A stretch of 64,000 nucleotides of DNA, taken from positions 62,558,001 through 62,622,000 of the forward strand of contig OZ024743.1 of assembly GCA_964016885.1 (NCBI GenBank). Reading direction: 5' to 3'. The stretch comes from Eledone cirrhosa. Its lineage: Eukaryota. Every line of letters starts with the position of its first letter. The first letter of the stretch is position 1. The notes below the pieces were generated by a model. It did no database searches and was not told where the DNA came from. It was given only the letters and a program-made list of their open reading frames with translations. The position numbers were made by a program, and so were the translations under genes. Positions 26,101 to 36,367 of the stretch are shown piece after piece.

Positions 26101-28600
26101 TATAAAAGTTTCTTAATCCATCTAAACATGGGAAACTTTAGTAATAAAGAAAGTAGGTTTAGTATTTCTGGGACCAAAGGTGGATGAACAACAGGGAGAG
26201 ACAAGAAGGGGCTGTGGTAATATGTCCTATCATATGGTTTGATGGTGATGAGTGTGGACATTTGACTATGAAGAAATATAGGCTCAGTAATTTTCTTGGT
26301 GTGGTCAGGTGAAGAGGTGATGAGTATCAGGTTGGTCAGCCCTCTCCAAACTCTAAGCTGTATAAGTTTTTTTTTTTGTGTGAAAGGGTATGGGTAATTA
26401 TTGTAGGACCAGCCTATGGTGCTGAATACTCTGATACCAACCCTCAAAGCAGATATACTGCTAAAAGCAATCCAGCTATGACTGTCTCATCGTTTTCTTT
26501 TTCAGCAGATAAATGTATTCCCAAGAGAACGTCCTGCCGATTAGAGAATTTTCCTCTTACAAACCACCCTGGAACATGTCTGATCAAGCACTCTGAGCCG
26601 CCCGCCGACCTTAGACCCATACCCCCACCTGATCTTCACTTGCTCCTTGTGGCTTCCAATGCAGACATCATGTCTGCCATCAAGTCCTTCCCAGCCTCAG
26701 CAGCAGAGGGATTGATGGCCTCTGAGCTGGCCACCTCAATGAGTTGTTATGCCTCATCTCTGCTGAGGCTGGGTGCCACTTTCTGAGTGCATTTGTAGCA
26801 CTCACAAATAGGTTCATCCCTGGCACCCTGGACCCTCATGCCCGAGGCCCCTTTTTTTTTGGCTAGCCTGACCGCTCTCAGGAAGAAAGAGGGCGGCATA
26901 TGCCCTATCGCTGTGGGCAATGTCTTCTGGAGGCTGGCTGCTAAAGTGGTCTGCAGGTCCATCACACCTGAACTGGGCAAAGAGCTCAGTCCGGAGCAAC
27001 TGGGTGTTGGCGTGCCTAGTGGCTGTGAGAGGGCCGCACATGCAACCAGGCAGTTCTTCAATGCCCACTGGAACCGGCATCCAGGGACTCCAGGCACCTC
27101 ATTGCCAAGCTTGACAAGAGGAATGCCTTCAACTGCCTACGCCGCAACCATCTACTCAAAGCCTGCCTAAACCAATCCCCTTCTGCCTACCTGCTGGACT
27201 ACTTGTCATATGGAGCCCTGAGCATGCTCCTTGCTGCTGATACGGTCATACCTTCAGCCACTGGGGTCCAACAGGGTGACTCTTTGGGCCCCCCTCCTAT
27301 TTGCTCTTGGTATAGACCACATTGCCCGGAGTATCACGGCCCCTCTCAACGTTTGGTACCTCGATGATGCTACGTTGTGCGGGCCCATAGAGACTGTCTG
27401 GCATGACCTACAATTGGTGGTTCCTGCTCTGGTGGGAATCGGCCTCCAGGTCATCTCGTTCAAGTTGGAATGGTGAATGTCAATCACGATGCTGAGAGAT
27501 TTGCAGCCTCTGTCTCAGACGTGCAGTCTATTCTCCTCCAGGTACAGGTGGCCCCTAAAGAAGATGTCCTCATCCTCGTGTCACTGCCAGTCATCCGTTC
27601 CACCATCATGTGCAGGCTCCAGCAACTCAAGACCCTCACAAGCCAACTGGGCGTGATTGACACCCACCCAGCCCTCTTTCTGTTGAGGAACTGCTTTGCC
27701 ATGCCGAAGCTCCTCTATACCCTTTGCAGCGTGACATGCTACACCCACGCATCTCTCCCTGCTGACCTCGACACTTGTATCTGAGCAGCAGCTGAGGAGA
27801 TATGGAACATCAGGTTTAACAACATTGGATGGCAACGGACCACCTTACCTGTTAGATATGGTGGCCTTGGCCTCCGGTCCCCGATCTCGCTGGCTTTGCC
27901 AGTATTTCTTTCATCGGTAACCTCATGCCACATCCTCGTCAACAAGGTTCTCCTAAATACAATGGAACCTACTATGATCGAGGAACGTGAAGCTGCCTGA
28001 GAGATATAGAACCAGCTTGGACTTAGCCCAGTAGACATCCCTCCTCCTTCCCCTGCTGATATCAAGTACCCCCAGAGTATTTGGGATGCCATCCAGTGCA
28101 ACCTCGCCTCAGACAGGATACGCGCCAGCTCGACCAGCACCACCTTGCATGTTTTCGCACGGACTCACAACCCCACAGCGGTGCCTGGCTCCATGCCTTA
28201 CCTTCCTTCTCCACTGGCACGCAGCTGGACAACAATAGCCTGCGCATCGGGGTTTCCCTGAGGCTTGGCCTCCGGATCTGCGAGCCACACAAATGTCGCT
28301 GCGGATCCACCATGGACTCTTTTGGCCTCCACCCGCTTTCCTGTCGCTACAGTGCCAGCTGCCTTCCATGCCAGGCTGCCTTCATAAAGCATGGCTTGGA
28401 TACTGCAGGCTTCCCCTCCCAGCTCGAGCCGGTGGGGCTGGACTGAAGGGACGGCAAAAGGCCTGACAGTATGACCATCTTCCCGTTCCGCGATGGCAAA
28501 CCCCTCACTGGGATGCCACTTGCAGCCACACATTCTCCAGCCGCAACCTGGTGCAGTCTGCGACTAACCCAGGTCCTGCTGCACTTTGGACTGAGGAGGG

Positions 28601-28967
28601 TGTAGCGGTTGTCTCCCTTGTTTTGATTGGGATCTGGACGGGAGGTGGAACCCTTTCTGCAACTTCCGGCCAGAGCCCTATAAAACTAACAACTTTAAGC
28701 TTCCTTTCTCTCTTTGCCTTTTCGGCACCAGGACAAGAGCCTCTCATTTGGCTCTGCCATTAATTTGGCCAACAGGCGCCTGGCCTTAGCCAGGCGCCCT
28801 CTGCCAGCCGCGTTTGCCTGGCAATCAAAACGGTAACTACTAACTTTGTTTCATTCTAACATCTATCTTTGACATGTCAAGTATACTATCTACCGTTAAT
28901 TAAATATTATACACACAAACCATGTCTCGTTTTGTTACATTCATACAACCTCAGTAATCTCGCTATA
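28601..28967 (+). repeat. 5' LTR (367 bp)
   Basis: Begins TGTAGCG, ends CGCTATA; contains TATAAAA; duplicated at 30341. Confidence 0.92.
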
Positions 28968-28968
28968 T

Positions 28969-28986
28969 TGGTAACCCTGACGTGAT
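28969..28986 (+). promoter_or_regulatory. Primer-binding site, tRNA-Trp
   Basis: TGGTAACCCTGACGTGAT, 2 mismatches from TGGTGACCCCGACGTGAT (complement of the metazoan tRNA-Trp 3' end), 1 nt after the LTR. Confidence 0.8.
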
Positions 28987-30328
28987 ACGAACACGCAGCC
29001 GTTCATCGCTATAAGTGGTCACCCCCCCAAATAAAAAATAGCACATCTGGTTTTGTGAGTAACATTACGAATACACAGCAAATTTAGCGACAAACTATGA
29101 AAATACTCAAGGACACGCACACACGCACATGTGGAATTCGCACAGACAGACTTTTTCTCTCACGCATCAATTAACTGTCGCATTTCACCAATATATATAT
29201 ATGTTTCTCGTTTCTTACAACGAACACTTTCAAAACAAACAAAAAAAAAAACATTTCACGATATATATATATGTTTCTCGTTTCTTACAACGAACTCTTT
29301 CAAAACACAAAAAAAAAAAGAGATTTGATATTCTTTAAAAAAACATTTCAACAGGAACATTTATTTTCGATGAACCATTGCCTTTTGTTCATCGTTTTCT
29401 TCATCGTTCAAGTTTTTTGTTTTTTTCCAAAGTTCACACCAATAATTATGCTGATTGAAGCCTTTCTTTTTCATCATTGTCACTTTCAAAATTGCACTAT
29501 CATTTTCTCGCGCGTTAGAAATATTTTTTTTCAACCTTGTATTGGCACGTGTAGGCAGCATAAATTCTCGATTCACTGAGATGTCTCTACTCACAGACAG
29601 CCGCACGCCAGAGATAGCATTTCTCCCCAGGGATTCTTCAGCCTTAAGCTATATTCTTCTATTTGCCGGTTTATAAATTTACAATGTAAATTTACCGTTG
29701 ATAACCGCGCATTTATTAAGAATGCTTATTTCTCTGGTCGCTGGCCTCTTGACCCTTCCAGGTCAACGCATTCTCAACATCGACCATCAACTTCGGCTGC
29801 TATTTCTAGCACTTTGCGCAACTCATTTTTTCTAAAAAAAAAATTTTTTTACTGTGAATTTAAACACCGAATACGCTCACTCAGCGAGACAACAGCAGCA
29901 GCAACAGCAATATAACAGCAACAGCAATACATCAACACAGCTTCACCAAAGCCAGAGAATTTATTTTTGCAGCACTCTTCCTGTGAGAAAATCCATTCGG
30001 AGGTTGGAAATTTCACGATATACCACAGAACAGAAACCACCTGCATTCATTCTCTGGAACACACTTTCTTTCCTGCTGTCATGTGATTGCACACCTGTGA
30101 ACTATATTTTGAACTTTGAGCTCTTCTATTACTTTTACTTTATTACATTGTATCTTTGGGTGATGGATAGATGGATGTCCAGTCGTTCTCTGGCCAAGAG
30201 CGGTTGGCTACCTTGATATCTATCATTGATTTTTCCAAACATTCTTTTGTCGTAATTTTCATGCCTGTCACAACATTCTCGCCAACTTGCTACATATTTT
30301 CATTTCGATTTTTATACACTAAAATTCT

Positions 30329-30340
30329 GGCGGGAGGTTA
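30329..30340 (+). promoter_or_regulatory. Polypurine tract
   Basis: GGCGGGAGGTTA immediately before the 3' LTR. Confidence 0.7.
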
Positions 30341-30689
30341 TGTAGCGGTTGTCTCCCTTGTTTTGATTGGGATCTGGACGGGAGGTGGAACCCTTTCTGC
30401 AACTTCCGGCCAGAGCCCTATAAAACTAACAACTTTAAGCTTCCTTTCTCTCTTTGCCTTTTCGGCACCAGGACAAGAGCCTCTCATTTGGCTCTGCCAT
30501 TAATTTGGCCAACGCCCGCCCTCTGCCAGCCGCGTTTGCCTGGCAATCAAAACGGTAACTACTAACTTTGTTTCATTCTAACATCTATCTTTGACATGTC
30601 AAGTATACTATCTACCGTTAATTAAATATTATACACACAAACCATGTCTCGTTTTGTTACATTCATACAACCTCAGTAATCTCGCTATA
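30341..30689 (+). repeat. 3' LTR (349 bp)
   Basis: Matches the 5' LTR by eye apart from a net 18-bp loss that removes a hairpin. Confidence 0.92.
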
Positions 30690-31099
30690 AGGGTAAACTC
30701 TCTAAGTATTGGTCACTCTCTGACAGGTTTGAAGTTGTGCCCTTGGCAGTGGAGACTTCTGGTGTCCTTGGACCTAGGGCTACCTCCCTACTTACCACCA
30801 TAGGCGCTGAGCTGGCTAGCCACAGGTGCGAGCCTCACGAGATGGAATGGCTCTTCCAGCGCATTTCCCTTACCATCCTCCGAGGAAACGCCTTCTCCAT
30901 TATGTCTGCCAGAGATGTGGGGGCGGTCAGCACGTAGGACCCCATTTGCTCATAATACAAAGAGATGGGGAGGTCGAGAGAGATGGAGGCAATGACAGTG
31001 GGAGATCGGCTCTTCCGTGTCCAGACCTGGTGTGCAGCGTCAGTTGTCCGTAGGTAGGTAATGATTCATACATAGTGTGTGATTTGAAGGAAATGATGA

Positions 31100-31347
31100 T
31101 GGTGTTGTTGTTGTTTAGACCTAAAAAAAGACAAGCCCGTCTTAGTCCCTGCATGACCTCTAGTCAGCCTTATGAATAATATTGTCCTGGTCGAAGAGAT
31201 TCTAGCCGTGACCACCTCAGCTTTTATACAAACAAAATGTGCCTGCCTAGGACTACATTATCCAATGGGTCCTTTAAAGAAGAAAAAAAAAGCAGGGAGA
31301 TTTGGCTGCTATTTTTAGCATGTCGAGTGACTACGTGAAGGCTCCCG
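31100..31347. repeat. Interspersed repeat with a diverged copy at ~36060-36346
   Basis: Shared blocks TTGTTTA..., CCAGC/CTAGCCGTGACCA, TACATTATCCAAT and ATTTGGCTGCTATTT(T/C)TAGCA. Confidence 0.45.
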
Positions 31348-31502
31348 GCAACTGAGGTTATGGTTGGCATCAGTCTCAAAGATGGCAAGTGTGGTAGAAC
31401 TGTGGTAGAACAAAATGAATAACATACTACTACTAGTACTGTTGCCACTATCAAAATCAGCAGCCGTGATGAAAACGCGGTAGGGGTAAATAGCTCAATA
31501 GT

Positions 31503-31503
<1 letters not shown>

Positions 31504-31560
<57 letters not shown>
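31504..31560. repeat. (GA)n microsatellite followed by purine-rich low-complexity sequence
   Basis: Pure GA run, then a GA-rich tract to ~31950. Confidence 0.95.
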
Positions 31561-31564
<4 letters not shown>

Positions 31565-32214
31565 GGGAGAAAGAGAGGAAAAAGAGAAAGAGGAAGAGAG
31601 AGAGAGAGAAGTTGGTTGAAAAGTGAAGAGAGGAAGTCGTGATAAGAGAAAGCGAATGCGGTGAAAAAATGGATAGAAGAGACAGAGAATAGGATAAAAG
31701 GAGAGAGAGTGAAAAAGAAAGGAACAGGGAGAATGAAAGAGGTAGAGAAAGTAAGATGAGAAAATAGAGATTAGTGGAGAGGGGGCAAAAAAGAAAAAAA
31801 TGTTATGAGTGTGGCATAAAGAGAGAATAATAAGTAGAGCGAGGGGGAGAAAAGAGAGATAGTGGAGGGTGAAGAGATAGAGAGTGGAGGAAAAAGAAAG
31901 AGTGATAAGTAGACTGAGAAGTGAAGATAAAGAATGAGTGAGTGGGTTGGGGTAAAATGTTTTGTGAAAGATTTAGGCTGGAAGCTGTAAAACCCCAGTC
32001 TACCATCAATACGTAAGCTCATTTAAAATTCCCAGATTGATGACGATTAAAAGTAAGAAACGTCTGAATCTAATTAATATATAATTAAACTGCTCTATCT
32101 TCCTGTTTGACGGCTGATTTCTTATCTCTCTATCTTTCCCTCATTCTGTCCTCCCCTTTAAAATATTTTGCTCTACTTTATTTTGTTTCAACGAATCTCC
32201 CGGTCAATATCTTA

Positions 32215-32247
32215 CACTACTACTACTACCACGAACAACACCATCAT

Positions 32248-32288
<41 letters not shown>

Positions 32289-32361
32289 ACAACAACGACT
32301 AACACAACTACCAACACCACTACTACTACTACAACAACACCATCATCACCACCACTACTAC

Positions 32362-32392
<31 letters not shown>
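32215..32392. repeat. (CTA/CAA/CAC)n triplet tract switching to (TAG)n
   Basis: Direct reading of the sequence. Confidence 0.9.
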
Positions 32393-32936
32393 GCAGCTGC
32401 CAGGTAAAGATGACGAATTTTTTCCAAAGTTAAATTGCTGATTTGGTCAGCATCACACAAATATACTGACATTTAGAGGATTAATTAATTGGTGTTGATC
32501 CGGATTGTCTGGTCTAGTGGTGGTGGCCACTGGCCTTTTTTAAAGGTAAGCATCGTTTTGATTTTTGTTCTTTTGTTTTTGTTATTTTCCCATTATCGTA
32601 ATTCATCAAAATTCTATAAGCCTTTAATATATTGAAATCAATGTAAAATCTAATGAAAGTGATAATTGTATCCAACGCGTGCTAGTGAACGAAATACACA
32701 CACATCTATATGTGTATGTATGTGTGTGTGTGTGTGTGTATATATATAGGCACTCTTTCCTTTGCCTTTTGTACGGAAATACATAACACATATAAATATA
32801 TATATATATATATATACATATATACATATAAGTTTATCCCGGGTTCAATCGGGGATAACCACAGCAAGTAAGGTACTCAATACATAGCAGTGTATAAATA
32901 TTTAATATAGAAATGGCTTCTACAGGACAAGAACTT

Positions 32937-32983
32937 CTTCCTGGTGATTTATCCCGAATGAAACAGTTCTCATCCTGTAGAAG
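32937..32983 (+). ncRNA. Hammerhead ribozyme-like motif (type I), mutated core
   Basis: CTTC-CTGGTGA-stem II-GAAA-CAG..CTG-TA-GAAG; stem I CTTC/GAAG. Confidence 0.45.
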
Positions 32984-32988
32984 CCATT

Positions 32989-33028
<40 letters not shown>

Positions 33029-33112
33029 GTTATTCCGGGTTGAATCGGAGGTAACCACAGTAAGTAAGGTACTCAATACATTGCAGAGTATAAAAGTTTT
33101 AATATAGATGAG

Positions 33113-33159
33113 ATTCTACAGGACTAGAACTGTTTCATTCTTTAGAAATCATCAGGAAT
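33113..33159 (-). ncRNA. Hammerhead ribozyme-like motif (type I)
   Basis: Minus strand ATTC-CTGATGA-TTTCTAAAGAAT-GAAA-CAGTTCTAGTCCTG-TA-GAAT. Confidence 0.55.
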
Positions 33160-33162
33160 ATA

Positions 33163-33346
33163 TAATCTGAGTTTTTCGAATATTAATAATAACATTCGAT
33201 TCGTTTGCAATTATGCAAACAAGCCTCAATTTTATAGCCATGAGCAAGAATGAAGGGTTCATTCTACTGACATGGCTATAAAATTGAGGCTTGTTTGCAT
33301 AATTGCAAACGAATCGAATGTTATAATATTCGAAAAACTCAGATTA
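33163..33346. repeat. Long fold-back inverted repeat, ~78-bp arms
   Basis: TAATCTGAGTTTTTCG...TATAGCCATG paired with CATGGCTATA...CGAAAAACTCAGATTA; ~28-nt spacer. Confidence 0.92.
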
Positions 33347-33442
33347 CATTTATTGTATTCAGCCATATAGAGCGAAAATTTCCTTTTTATATATATATAT
33401 ATTACTCCGTTTATCACGAGGTAATCAGACAAGAACACGTTA

Positions 33443-33488
33443 TTGTCTGATGACCATGTGATAAACAGGCGAAATTCCAGAGTAACAA
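33443..33488 (+). ncRNA. Hammerhead ribozyme-like motif (type I), second family
   Basis: TTGT-CTGATGA-CCATGTGATAAACAGGC-GAAA-TTCCAGAG-TA-ACAA; stem I TTGT/ACAA; degenerate inverted partial copy at 33408-33432. Confidence 0.55.
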
Positions 33489-33567
33489 GACTCACTATTT
33501 AGCCTTAATAAAATGAATATTAAAACTTTACTTTGGTATTGAATACTCTTTTTTCCTAGCCGTCAAC

Positions 33568-33608
<41 letters not shown>

Positions 33609-33612
<4 letters not shown>

Positions 33613-33655
33613 CTGATGATTTCTGAAGAATGAAACAGTTCTAGTCCTGTAGAAT
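33609..33655 (+). ncRNA. Hammerhead ribozyme-like motif (type I)
   Basis: ATTC-CTGATGA-TTTCTGAAGAAT-GAAA-CAGTTCTAGTCCTG-TA-GAAT. Confidence 0.55.
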
Positions 33656-33690
33656 CTCATCTATATTAAAACATATATTATATATATATA

Positions 33691-33736
33691 CTACTGGTTT
33701 TAATCATTAGGCTGCGGTCATGCTGGGACACTGTTT
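33691..33736 (-). mobile_element. Isolated 3' tail of LINE family B (or of a partner SINE)
   Basis: The reverse complement CCCAGCATGACCGCAGCC..AAACCAGTAG resembles 41790-41835. Confidence 0.5.
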
Positions 33737-34273
33737 TGATACTTATTTTATTGATAGCTTTACATTTGCTTTTCCTTCTTGTTGTTTACTTGTCTCACTC
33801 GCTTTACGCGATTCGCTTGTCCCAATAGCTTATTTTAGTTATTGCTCGCACCAACCTGAGGTATATGATTTTTAATGCGATGAAATAACAATGATGGTTG
33901 GAAAATCACTGATGAGGGACTAATTTTATAATATGTAACCCATGTGCAACCATGCAGTTTTCCTCTTTCTTCCCATGTTTTTATATACATATATATATAT
34001 ATAAACACAAACGTAAACATACACAGCAGGATTTTGCAGTTTTCGTCTACCAAATTCCATCGTAGGCATTGGTCAACATGAAGCTAGAAAAATCTTGCCC
34101 ATATTTCTCTTTTAATTCATTTATTTCGCAAATGAGTTATATATTTTTTCACATTTGCTATATATATGGTTTTTTTAAATTCTTTTCTTTAATTATAGTC
34201 ATTTCATCAAACTGTCCGGTTCATCGAATTGGGTGATTTATAGAAGGTTTATAGGACTAGTTAGGCCTCCGTT

Positions 34274-34497
34274 GGTGGATTGGCAGTATCGGTAGAGGGT
34301 CGGACGCCATGCTTTCCAGCATAGTTACGTCCCTTTACGATCTGAGTTCAAATCCCGCCGAGGTTGACTTTGCCTTTCATCCTTACGGGGTCGATAAAAT
34401 AAAGTACCAGTAATGCACTGAGTAATTGCTGGCGTTGTGCCTAAAGTAGAAACAGTTATTTTATTTTTATTTATTTATTTATTTATTTATTTATTTT
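34274..34497 (+). mobile_element. SINE family 1, full length, with (TTTA)n tail
   Basis: A and B boxes intact; nearly identical to the 34794 copy. Confidence 0.92.
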
Positions 34498-34526
34498 TGA
34501 AGAGGCTATGTAGCCGATCCCGTTAA

Positions 34527-35097
34527 AATAGGCTATGTAGTCGGTAAGAGTGTCAGACACCTTGAGTTTCGGCCTTTTAATTAGTTAAGACAATTTAAAA
34601 TCTTTTCCACCATCTATTGTTAAAAAACAAGTTAAAATTATTTTGTCGTCCATTCCTAACATTCTTTAGTTACATACTCACACACCCATCTACACATAAA
34701 TACATAAACAGATACAGACAGACAACATAAACAGAAGTGCAAAACACACGCACATCTACTCATACATATTCATAAATAGACACATTATACAATGGTGGAT
34801 TGGCAGTATCGGTAGAGGGTCGGACGCCATGCTTTCCAGCATAGTTACGTCCCTTTACGATCTGAGTTCAAATCCCGCCGAGGTTGACTTTGCCTTTCAT
34901 CCTTACGGGATCGATAAAATAAAGTACCAGTAATGAACTGGGTAATTGCTGGCCTTGTGCCTAAAGTAGAAACAATTATACAAAATAATTATTACATACA
35001 TACACATATATGAATGATTGAGGAAAGAAGAGGCTGGTGAAACACTATAACAGTGTGTGTGTTGTCCCTTTAGGGTTTACCGGCAACATAGCCTATT
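34527..35097. mobile_element. Possible MITE/DNA-transposon relic
   Basis: 21-bp inverted termini with 19/21 match (34527-34547, 35077-35097); no clear TSD. Confidence 0.35.
34793..34974 (+). mobile_element. SINE family 1, full length
   Basis: 9-bp TSD ATTATACAA at 34784-34792 and 34975-34983. Confidence 0.93.
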
Positions 35098-35278
35098 CGG
35101 ATTTATTTTTTCTCATTTCTTCTTTAACGCGTTTCATGTTAATCGATGTTATCTGAAAGAATTAGAGACGCGCCAATAATTTGTCAAGGTTATTGAAAGC
35201 ATAACATACATGTATATATATGTGCTTGCTCATGCATATATATATTCCTGCAGGAGAAAGCTCTCTACATTTGTAGTT

Positions 35279-35405
35279 TGTAGTTACAATAGAGATTCAG
35301 TATAAGAATAACATTAAGAAAGATGCTGTAATTACATAAACGCTTTGTATAATCACAGCATCTTTCTTAATGTTATTCTTATACTGAATCTCTATTGTAA
35401 CTACA
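35279..35405. repeat. Fold-back inverted repeat with ~50-bp perfect arms
   Basis: TGTAGTTACAATAGAG...AAAGATGCTGT paired with ACAGCATCTTT...CTCTATTGTAACTACA. Confidence 0.93.
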
Positions 35406-35500
35406 CACTATGAAAGTAGAATATCTTTCTGCTGTTTACTCCTGTTTTTACCAAAACAATTCTTTTACTGAACATTTTATATAGAGAGAGAGCGATAGGT

Positions 35501-35612
35501 AGATGTGTAAAATCCCGACCGCGGCGCCAAGCGGTTTCTGCTTGTGTGAAGCAAGGCTTGCTTAATACACAAGCTGAAACCGCTTGGCAACGCGGTCGGG
35601 ATTTTATACATC
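35501..35612. repeat. GC-rich fold-back inverted repeat containing the 3' half of a hammerhead
   Basis: AGATGTGTAAAATCCCGACCGCG... paired with ...CGCGGTCGGGATTTTATACATCT; the right arm has GAAA-CCGC-loop-GCGG-TC. Confidence 0.85.
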
Positions 35613-36367
35613 TCTATACTGATTGTACATCTCCCAATATATCGAGTACTCACACGATTAGTTGTCTCCTTTGTATACACACACACACAGTAAAGAGAGA
35701 CGAACACAGATATATAACTATGTGTTCAAATCACAATAGACAAACACATTTAGACTGTTTATGCATCTGTTTGTCTTGTTTATGTGTATATATGTGCGTG
35801 TGTGTAGTGGAGTTATACTGTTTTACTGTCAGGAGTGGAAATATTTCTAACGTGTCCTGTGGATTTAGAATCTAGAAAATATCTATAATTCTTAGCCAAA
35901 TTCTTGTGTCCAATCATACACAGCTATCAGACAGACATTTCTTTGCTCGGTGACAAAGATGAAAATAAATCCCTCTTGTAATTGATTGTGTTGTTGGTTG
36001 CATTCTTGCATAACCACTAGAATTCTGGTAACTGAATATCGGAGGAATTAAATGCAATATGTTGCTGTTGTTTATAGTCCCAGGTCAGCTCTGAAATTAT
36101 GATCAAAGGTGTTCCAGCTGCGACCAGTTCTTTTTTTTTTTTTTTTTTTGTAGACAGTATCTAGATTTATATTGTCCAATATGTATGTTATTCTTTTTTT
36201 TTATCTATGTTTGGGCCAGAATTTGAAGAAAGTGTCGTTGTTATTTAAATCCTATAATCTCTCTCATTAACATACACGAGACAATAGGATGTGCTTCAAC
36301 TAAATTTGACTGCTATTTCTAGCAATTTTAATTACCATGTAGAGGTGAATTCGTCAACTCATATACA

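Larger units (their letters stand above)
28601..30689 (+). mobile_element. Non-autonomous Ty3/Gypsy-type LTR element
   Basis: Two near-identical LTRs, PBS, PPT, and 4-bp TSD AGGG (28597-28600 / 30690-30693). The 1.37-kb interior has no gag/pol ORF. Confidence 0.92.
26570..30960 (+). mobile_element. Decayed CRE-clade non-LTR retrotransposon (RT, zinc knuckle, restriction-like endonuclease), interrupted at 28601-30689
   Basis: Across frameshifts and stops: SAIKSFP, PIAVGNVFWRLAAK, QLGVGVPSGCE, GVQQGD, WYLDD, LPVRYGGLGL, HSGAWLHALP, CRCG..HPLSC, DGKRPD, and after the insert PLAVETSG...LFQRISLTILRGNA. Confidence 0.85.
32833..33672. mobile_element. Cluster of short Penelope-like/retrozyme-like terminal fragments in direct and inverted orientation
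   Basis: Direct repeat 32833-32930 vs 33030-33130; inverted repeat 33096-33163 vs 33605-33672; hammerhead motifs; units separated by (TA)n. No RT/GIY-YIG ORF. Confidence 0.55.

Noticed and set aside
25884-26447. 187-aa ORF
   Set aside because: Runs through a minisatellite; no recognisable motif.
29129-30503. Short ORFs inside the LTR element as gag/env remnants
   Set aside because: No CCHC, protease, RT or integrase motifs; low complexity.
32400-32552. Possible exon ending AAG|GTAAGC
   Set aside because: A donor-like site alone, with no supported frame or acceptor.
34274-34360. tRNA genes
   Set aside because: A/B boxes are present but there is no cloverleaf, and the sequence continues into a repeated SINE body.
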